Source of the DNA: Gordius albopunctatus
Taxonomy: Eukaryota
Reading direction: 5' to 3'
DNA length: 64,000 nucleotides
Assembly: GCA_964276515.1 (NCBI GenBank)
Contig: OZ193909.1
Span: 17,670,001-17,734,000 of the forward strand
Shown: in pieces, positions 56,701 through 64,000 of the stretch
Position numbering within the stretch: position 1 is the stretch's first letter
Layout: every line of letters starts with the position of its first letter
Translations under genes and position numbers: made by a program
The notes under the pieces: generated by a model
Seen by the model: the letters and a program-made list of their open reading frames with translations, nothing else
What the model was told of the DNA's origin: nothing
The model's database searches: none

Positions 56701-58053
56701 CATTATTGCAGTATCCATCGTACGTCCTATATTTATGTGGACATTGCCGTCCTCTTAAATCATCTTTTAACGGACACATATCGCCTAAAATCGTATGCGA
56801 GGTGTCGAGTTTCGAAAGGTGCAGTCCAATCTTCTTCACAGACGTAGCATCTCTTCAACAATAAAAAAATCAAAAGGCTTGAGTACTATAGTTATAAATC
56901 ATAGCCATAGGCGTAGCCAGAAGGGGGGCAGGGAGGGGTGGCTGCCCCCCTCTAAATCCAAAGATTTTTTAAAATTATGGCTAAATTTCAAAAAGTGATC
57001 ATTTTGCCCCTCCCTAGCTAATCCCAATGACCATAGCTAACATAATTTTGGATAATGGTACAGACAAATATCATTATATCATTATAGAATCATCATGTAT
57101 CTCGACAAGCCATAAACTTCATAAATCTATTGTCATTAATGTTGCCATTAGTATAGTACCTTAGTCTTTGACCTAGTATATGCGAGGCCAACGAAATTAT
57201 TAACCCAGTTTTTGAGTATTTGGCATATAAAGTATTCGGTGGAGTGTAAAGATTTGAGTATTCGTATCCTTCGAGGGCTATTATACGTGATATATACATA
57301 TACATATTATATATATATGCTTATTCATTTCTAGTCATCAAATTTGTAATCTTTAGTTTAGATATCATCTATAACAATAATAGCATATAAATTGAAACAT
57401 TATGTTTATAATTTAATATAAATATAAATAAAAGAGTGCTTCTTAAGATACAATGTTTTTTATTTATAAACTTATGAACTCATGGTATTTAATGATGTTT
57501 AATCAATAAAAATAAGATTTATTGGCTACTAACATTTAAATCTTTAATACTTTTTAAAAAGAAAAATTAGGAGTATATAAGTTTAAGTACGCAAATCGAA
57601 TAAGCCATTATTCCAATCATATTCTAACGCGTCGGCCTGCGAAATGGCTTGGGTAATTGCGTCGTCTACCTCATTCCTGCTTATAAATTTATTACCAATT
57701 TGGCGTTTCCACACCGATGATGTTGCTTGGGAAATAGTATTATTGATCAAGTCCTCCTCTAGGGTTGTGATTATTTCATCGATGATAAATATGGAAGTGT
57801 TTACGCTAACATTCTTTAAAAGCATTGTGTTGTTAGAATGATTCGCATTATGGTATGAAGATTGGTTGACTTTTAAACTTTTCAAGGGAATAATACTATT
57901 AGTAGTGTTTGATATATGTTTAGAATGCCTGTGAGTTATGTTCCATTCGAATATATTATCGTTTGTCACCAAATTATCAACGCCTTGGAGTAAGATGATG
58001 TTTGAGAAGATATATATGGCCCGTCGAAAATTCCTTATAATAAAGGCGTACAT
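47751..58053 (-). CDS. Animal heme peroxidase (peroxidase-cyclooxygenase superfamily; chorion peroxidase/peroxinectin-like), multi-exon
   Basis: Exons include 58053-57591, 57277-57160, 56852-56632, 56469-56299, 54598-54437, 50963-50862, ~50791-50662, ~50473-50353, ~50022-49759, ~49445-49229, ~48848-48690, ~48645-48465 and ~47960-47751 (with a small intron). Motifs [18 protein letters not shown] (distal His), [36 protein letters not shown] (proximal His), [29 protein letters not shown]. The start codon is less certain. Confidence 0.92.
48108..48275. mobile_element. CATGGGCGTAGCC-family MITE in a peroxidase intron
   Basis: CATGTGCGTAGCCGGG ... GGCTACGCTCATG. Further partial or complete copies at ~20308, ~28422, ~30349-30499, ~32400-32495 and ~56906. 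Confidence 0.75.
51038..53974 (+). mobile_element. Near full-length RTE-clade LINE (APE endonuclease + RT), frameshifted, antisense within a peroxidase intron
   Basis: [12 protein letters not shown] (APE), [45 protein letters not shown]. 3' GAAGAAG tail and 17-bp TSD ATTAAAACTCTTACCAA (51021-51037 / 53975-53991). Confidence 0.95.
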
Positions 58054-59032
58054 TTCTAGTGTATTTGACACAACAGGAAATTGATTAGGAGAATGCAATC
58101 AAAGTTTGTAAAATATAAAAGTTAGTAGTTAAGAAGGATAAGGAAGAGTATTGTACGCAAAGGCCATTTAACCATGACCTATTTCTAACCATTGAAAGTG
58201 TGAAAACGTTAGATCAACCGCATCCACTCATTTTGAAATTCCGGTTATTCAAAATTCCACCAAATTAAAAAAAAGTCATTATGAAGCGAAAAAAAGATTT
58301 TGCGAATTCTTTTTAAAAGAAACTTGCCGACGATGTTTTATACACTATTTTTACATTATAAATAGCATTTTGTAACTTTTTTGCGTTTTAATTATTTAAG
58401 CGCCGCTTTATCAAAGTGGTAGGATAAATGGTATATATTTAAAATTGTACATCGAAAAGGCATTTGAGCATAGAGTGAGCCATGATAATTGGAGAAACAA
58501 ATTTTAGGCATGCTACAAGATGGTAATTAACCTTTCATGATATAACTTTATAAAAAAAAACTAAAAGTTTGTAGCGTTGGGACATGGTTCAAAACTGTAA
58601 TAAAAATTACCAAAATAACAATGATATTATTTATTAAATTATTGATAAGTAAAAAGGATTTAAAAATTCTAATTGCACACGTTATTCGTTTCTTGTTGAA
58701 AAAATCATTTTTTGTGCAAATACATTCACAATAGAGAAAGTTTGGGATCATTATTCCTTGAGATTTTTTCATTGCCTTTATATAATGGCAAAAAACTTTA
58801 ATACACAAAATTTTACAAATGGATGAGTTAAAATTACGTATTTAAGAAAAATTTATTTTAAGGATTGATTGAAGTTTAAAAGTAAAAAATTACATAGCAG
58901 AAGTGACCACAAAAAGATTGTAAAATAGTTTAATTGTATAGAAAAATCAATAATCTGATGTTAGATATGAACTAAACTATAAATAAATCCTAAAACATAT
59001 TTTAGAGTTTATAATCCGATTTTAAATATTAA

Positions 59033-60031
59033 TGACTGTGGTGTCCTTGCACCCGAGAATTTATATATTCATTCATCCCCCCCCCACAGATGCTACGATT
59101 TTTATTATATGCATCTTTATTGTGTTCGCCCTACGCTACGATTTTTATTACTTTATCGATTTTAACCGTCTCAATTTTACTTTACGCCTAGTTAGGATGA
59201 CTGATGAGTCCTGATGATTGTTAATACCTCTAGGATAAATATAGATTGTTAAGATCTCTATCGATAATTAATGACATTACTTTTTTAATTTTCACTTTTC
59301 TCTTACAAAATATATATATATTATACAAAAATGCAACCATAAAATAAGAGAAATCAATAAATATTATTTCGCGGTAACGACGCGCGGGCGCGTAGCATTA
59401 TAATATATGTTATTCGTTCGCTAAGTGATAATCGATTATAATTCTAAATAAATTAGTAGTGGACATCTCCCAATATCTTTCCTCGATTATTACAATATAT
59501 ACTTCTAAACGTTTTTTTTTATTTAAATCGTGTTCCCACGGTTCTGGGAACGCGATATTACTAATAAATCCCCAAAAATAGCATCAAAGGATATATTGAC
59601 ACTATTTTAGCCATTTCGTAATTAAAATTTTAACCTGTGCAGGCTTCAGGTTAATTTCAAATACCGAATAAATTTATTTGTTTAATTTAAACGATTGCAA
59701 AAATCCGCGATAAAATGGATCCGCGAAATTTCTTGTTTTTAAGAATACGTTACATTTGCTTTCCTTCTTTAATTACTACGCAAAAAAAAAATAATAAAAA
59801 ATATCTCTGAGTGAAAGCGAGGTGATATAATAATCGCTAAATCATGGTAATAAAAATATATCTGCGTGTACGCGAGTTAAAAACAATAATCGCTAAATCA
59901 GGGTAATTAAAAACGATTGAGATATCTATTTTTATCATAGATATACTAACAAATATGAATCATGATAAACGGAACGCGTATAAGTGTATGTGTGGGGAAG
60001 GGGGGTGAATATATAAATTTTTGGATAGCGG
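59033..60031. mobile_element. ~1-kb element with long imperfect inverted ends, right end abutting the Gypsy LTR
   Basis: AATTTATATATTCA..CCCC (~59058-59085) vs GGGGGTGAATATATAAATTT (60001-60020); TAGGATAAATATAGAT vs ATCTATTTTTATCATA. Confidence 0.5.
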
Positions 60032-60431
60032 TGTAGAGGCTACGAATTTAATTAAAAAACCTCCTTTCGCACGCTACTTTCCCTTGACCCCGTCTAGGCA
60101 AATTCTAACACGTTACTTTGGTTAATAGCTCCTCGCTTATACTTTATCATCGCCTGACTTATTCAAATTATTATTCACGCACCCTAATAATAGCTCCTCG
60201 CTTATACTTTATCATCGCCTGACTTATTCAAATTATTATTCACGCACCCTAATCATAAAAGTGAATACATTTAAGTATTTGAATGTCTCGCAATTCACCT
60301 TATTATACACACAAATAACCTCGCAGAGATGTGTATATAAACGCGATGTTATTAAATAAAGATATTCATTCATTTTTCCATTATCTTTTAACTTAACAGC
60401 TCTTTAAACTTAACATTTGGTGACCCCGAAA

Positions 60432-61229
60432 ATGTCCACCCAACCATCTGATATGGAGGTTAAAAGCGAAAATGCCACATATTTTAAACTGCCACAGTTT
60501 AACAATATAAATACCCGCTCATGGTTCACTCAAATAGAGGCTCTTTTCTTTGTTAGAAAGATAAAAAGCGAAACTACCAAGGCTGGGTACTTAATAGAAG
60601 CCTTGCCACTGGAAATAACTGTCGAAATTCAAGACATCCTACAAAAGATGCCCGACATTTTACCCTATACAACCATTAAAGCCGCCATCATAGACCGCAC
60701 AAGCCAATCCGATTCTGCTAGACTTCGTGCTCTTCTCACAACTGTGGAATTAGGAGATCGTACCCCATCCCAGCTTCTGCGCTTCATGAAAAATCTTCTG
60801 GGAACGAATTCCATGGATGAACGAGTTCTTAAAGAACTTTGGATAGAAAAACTTCCAAAAAACATGATCGGTATTTTGGCAATTGTTTCTGACGAGCAGC
60901 CCCTCTCCAAATTAGCCGAAACGGCAGACAAAATTGTAGAGACCTACCACACCTCCACATGTTCTAGTGTAAATGTAGTCACGGAAAATGAATCGACTCG
61001 GCTTAGGGAGATGATTGCAAAACTCACCCAGGAGGTCAAAAATTTAAAAGTCTCAATCAATAGGCCACGTGATCGTTCCAACTCGAGACGCCGCAACCCC
61101 TCTACCGTTCGCCACCCTAGCTCGCATGTTCAACCAAATCTCGTTTGTTGGTACCATTACCGCTTTAAAGACAAGGCGCTCAAATGCGTGCAACCTTGCG
61201 CATTTAACCTCCCCGCAACAAACGAATAG
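60432..61229 (+). CDS. gag: Gag with CHCC (C-x2-H-x9-C-x3-C) motif
   Basis: FKLPQF....[42 protein letters not shown]. Confidence 0.9.
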   Translation: MSTQPSDMEVKSENATYFKLPQFNNINTRSWFTQIEALFFVRKIKSETTKAGYLIEALPLEITVEIQDILQKMPDILPYTTIKAAIIDRTSQSDSARLRALLTTVELGDRTPSQLLRFMKNLLGTNSMDERVLKELWIEKLPKNMIGILAIVSDEQPLSKLAETADKIVETYHTSTCSSVNVVTENESTRLREMIAKLTQEVKNLKVSINRPRDRSNSRRRNPSTVRHPSSHVQPNLVCWYHYRFKDKALKCVQPCAFNLPATNE

Positions 61230-64000
61230 ACCACCCAGGGATGGCGACGCCTGGACTTGGTCTAAAACTTAGTCGCTTATTTTACATTTTCGACAAATCC
61301 ACGGGCCTACGATTCCTCATTGACACAGGCGCAGAGATTTCCATTATTCCGCCTTCCCGAGACCATCCCTTAACCCCTTCCTATGTGCAACTCCAGGCCG
61401 CCAATTCTACCCCTATCAAAACATATGGCCAAAAGCTTTTCACTTTGGACCTCGGCCTACGCAAAGAATTTAGATGGATTTTTACAATTGCAGACGTTAA
61501 ACAGCCAATAATCGGAGCCGATTTTCTTAATCACTACCATCTGGTAGTTGATATAAAAAAGAAGCAGCTTTTCGATACTCAAACGACATTAACATCTGCA
61601 GGTAAGGCTACACTCGCGACGTCAATCAACATACAAGTTGGGATAATTGGCACCTCTCCCATCAAATCACTACTTCAGAAGTATGCCTCCATAGTGTCCC
61701 CTTCTGATTATAAGGCTCAAGTAACTCACAGCACTCAACACCACATCCACACCAACGGCCCTCCGGTTCACTCAAAACCAAGGAGACTTTTCCCGGACAA
61801 GCTTAAGATTGCCCGAGACGAATTTACTCACATGCTCGAACTTGGTATAATCCGTCCCTCTAACAGTGACTGGTCCTCACCCCTGCACATGGTACCCAAG
61901 AAGGCCGCGGGGGATTGGAGACCTTGTGGCGACTATCGCATGCTCAACAGTCGTACAATTCCCGATCGTTATCCCCTTCCACACCTCCATGACTTTGCGC
62001 TGACCCTTTGCAATAAAACGGTATTCTCAAAGATCGATTTAGTCAGGGCTTACCACCAAATTCCAATGGCCCCAGAGGATATTTCTAAAACCGCCATCAC
62101 AACCCCGTTCGGTCTTTTTGAATTTCTTCGCATGCCATTTGGCCTTCGCAACGCTGCTCAGACGTTTCAACGCTTTATGGACCAAGTTTTTAGAGAACTT
62201 GACTTTGTTTTTGTTTACCTTGACGACGTTCTCATCGCGAGTTCTTCCATTAACGAACACCACAATCATATTAGACTAGTTTTTGAAAGACTCAAGACTT
62301 TCGGTATTAAAATCAGTCAGGATAAATGCGTATGGTGCCAAAACGAAATTTTTTTTGGGACACAAAATCACCCCTCAAGGTTTGTCACCCCTTCAGGACA
62401 AGGTGGAAGCAATCCTCAATTTCCCACAGCCTACCTCGATGACTCAGTTGAGACGCTTCTTAGGGATGATTAATTTTTATAGACGTTTTATTCCAATGTG
62501 TGCCGATTTACTCAAACCTCTCACCGATATGCTCGACGGTTCAAAGAAGACAATATCCTGCACCCCGGAAGCTTCGACTGCTTTTAACAATGCCAAACTC
62601 GCTTTAAGCAATGTCGTGCCTCTTTCCCATCTTCAAAAAGACGCTAAATTCTCAATCACCACCGACGCCTCCAGCTCAGCCGTAGGAGCCGTATTACATC
62701 AAACAACTAACGATAAGACGCTGCCTTTAGCTTTTTTTTCCCAAAAGCTAACAAAAACTCAACAACGATATAGTGCATTTGGTCGCGAATTATTAGCAAT
62801 ATATTTAACAATCCGCCATTACCGCCATTTTTTAGAGGGTCATGAATTCACTATTTATACAGACCACAAGCCACTAACTTATGCTTTCAGTACACCTATC
62901 GACAAATACTCCCCGCGGGAGATTAGACAGTTAGACTATATTTCGCAATATTCTACCGATCTACAATATATAGCTGGCAAATCAAATGTAGTCGCTGACA
63001 CCCTCTCAAGGTCTGAAATTGATTCCGTTGATTTTAAAGACAGGCCTCTAGTTGAAAGGTTAGCTTTGGCTCAGATGGAAGAAAATTCGACATTTCAAGA
63101 CCTAAAGTCTCTAAAAATAACGCAACTTCCTATACCGGGCTCTGATTTGACCGTGCAATGCGACATGACCACAACCTCACCTCGACCACTCGTCCCAACT
63201 TCACTCAGACGCGTAATTTTCGATAACTTCCACAACTTATCACACCCTGGTACGCGTGCAACACTTAAGCTGATTTCACGCCGATATGTTTGGCCCTCCA
63301 TCAATATGGATGTAAGAAAATGGGCCAAATCATGCGTTGCTTGTCAAAAATCGAAAATTCATCGTCACATAAAGGCCCCTTTAGGTACATTTGCTGAACC
63401 AGACGCTCGATTTAGCCACATCCACGTCGATCTCGTTGGTCCACTACCACCGTCAAATGGATATACCCACTTACTCACGATTATTGACCGTTTCACACGA
63501 TGGCCTGTGGCCATGCCGATCCATGACACCTCAGCCCAAACGGTTGCAAAAGCTCTGATCAAGTATTGGATAGCTGACCTCGGAGTACCATCAAGCCTCA
63601 CAACAGATAGAGGTCCCCAGTTTGAGTCCCAATTATTTCGGAATCTCACGCAACTTCTTGGTGTAAATCACATCACAACCACTGCCTATCACCCACAAGC
63701 TAATGGCATGATTGAGAGATTTCATCGACAGCTGAAAAGTTCCTTGATGGCACAAGGTGACACAACCAAATGGGATGAGCTCTTACCATTAATTTTGCTT
63801 GGCATTCGAACCACCATCAAGGAAGACTTAGGTTGCACTCCAGCCGAATTAGTTTATGGCACTACACTTAGACTTCCCGGCGAATTTTTCACGAACTCAA
63901 GTACACCTCACAACGCCTCCGAATTTATTAAAGGCCTAAAACAACATTTTTACCATTTGCCTTTTAAAAAGGTCAGGACACAATCGACAAATGCGGATAC
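61208..64000 (+). CDS. pol: Pol polyprotein (protease, RT, RNase H, integrase); one frameshift at the T8 run 62349-62356; runs off the window
   Basis: [33 protein letters not shown]. After the shift: [55 protein letters not shown]. Confidence 0.92.

Larger units (their letters stand above)
60032..64000 (+). mobile_element. Ty3/Gypsy LTR retrotransposon, CsRn1 clade (5' LTR ~60032-60415), truncated by the window end
   Basis: TGTAG...TAACA LTR with an internal 65-bp duplication (60123/60188), TATATAAA and AATAAA. PBS TGGTGACCCCGA at 60418-60429 is complementary to the tRNA-Trp 3' end. gag and pol follow. The LTR 5' boundary is approximate. Confidence 0.92.

Noticed and set aside
57583..58098. 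Stand-alone 171-aa orphan gene
   Set aside because: It has a phase-compatible donor at 57590 linking it to the peroxidase exons, so it is best read as exon 1 of that gene.

Overview
AT-rich eukaryotic (animal, invertebrate-like) genomic DNA with spliceosomal GT-AG introns, many only 35-46 nt long. The taxon cannot be fixed from sequence alone. Five spliced protein-coding genes were reconstructed by hand: (1) an AGO-clade Argonaute, + strand, 9512-24124, 19 exons, ~871 aa, with an intact DEDH slicer tetrad and three 5' exons that the ORF track misses; (2) a trypsin-like S1 serine protease, - strand, 26268-30854, head-to-head with (3) the meiotic recombinase DMC1, + strand, 31013-36120; (4) WBP2, - strand, 37183-39932; (5) an animal heme peroxidase, - strand, 47751-58053. 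The rest is dense with transposons: RTE LINEs (one near full length with a 17-bp TSD), a near-intact CsRn1-clade Ty3/Gypsy element running off the right edge, LTR remnants, Helitron/Helentron derivatives, Harbinger remnants and several hAT-type MITE families with 8-bp TSDs. The most notable observations are an LTR with CCAAT/TATA ending ~90 bp upstream of the Argonaute ATG, a sharp GC3 difference within the Argonaute, an unusual KINVKCEG motif in it, and a DINE-1-like element with tRNA-like modules nested in a hAT element. No prokaryotic systems or CRISPR arrays are present. All alignments and counts were done by eye; no database searches were run.
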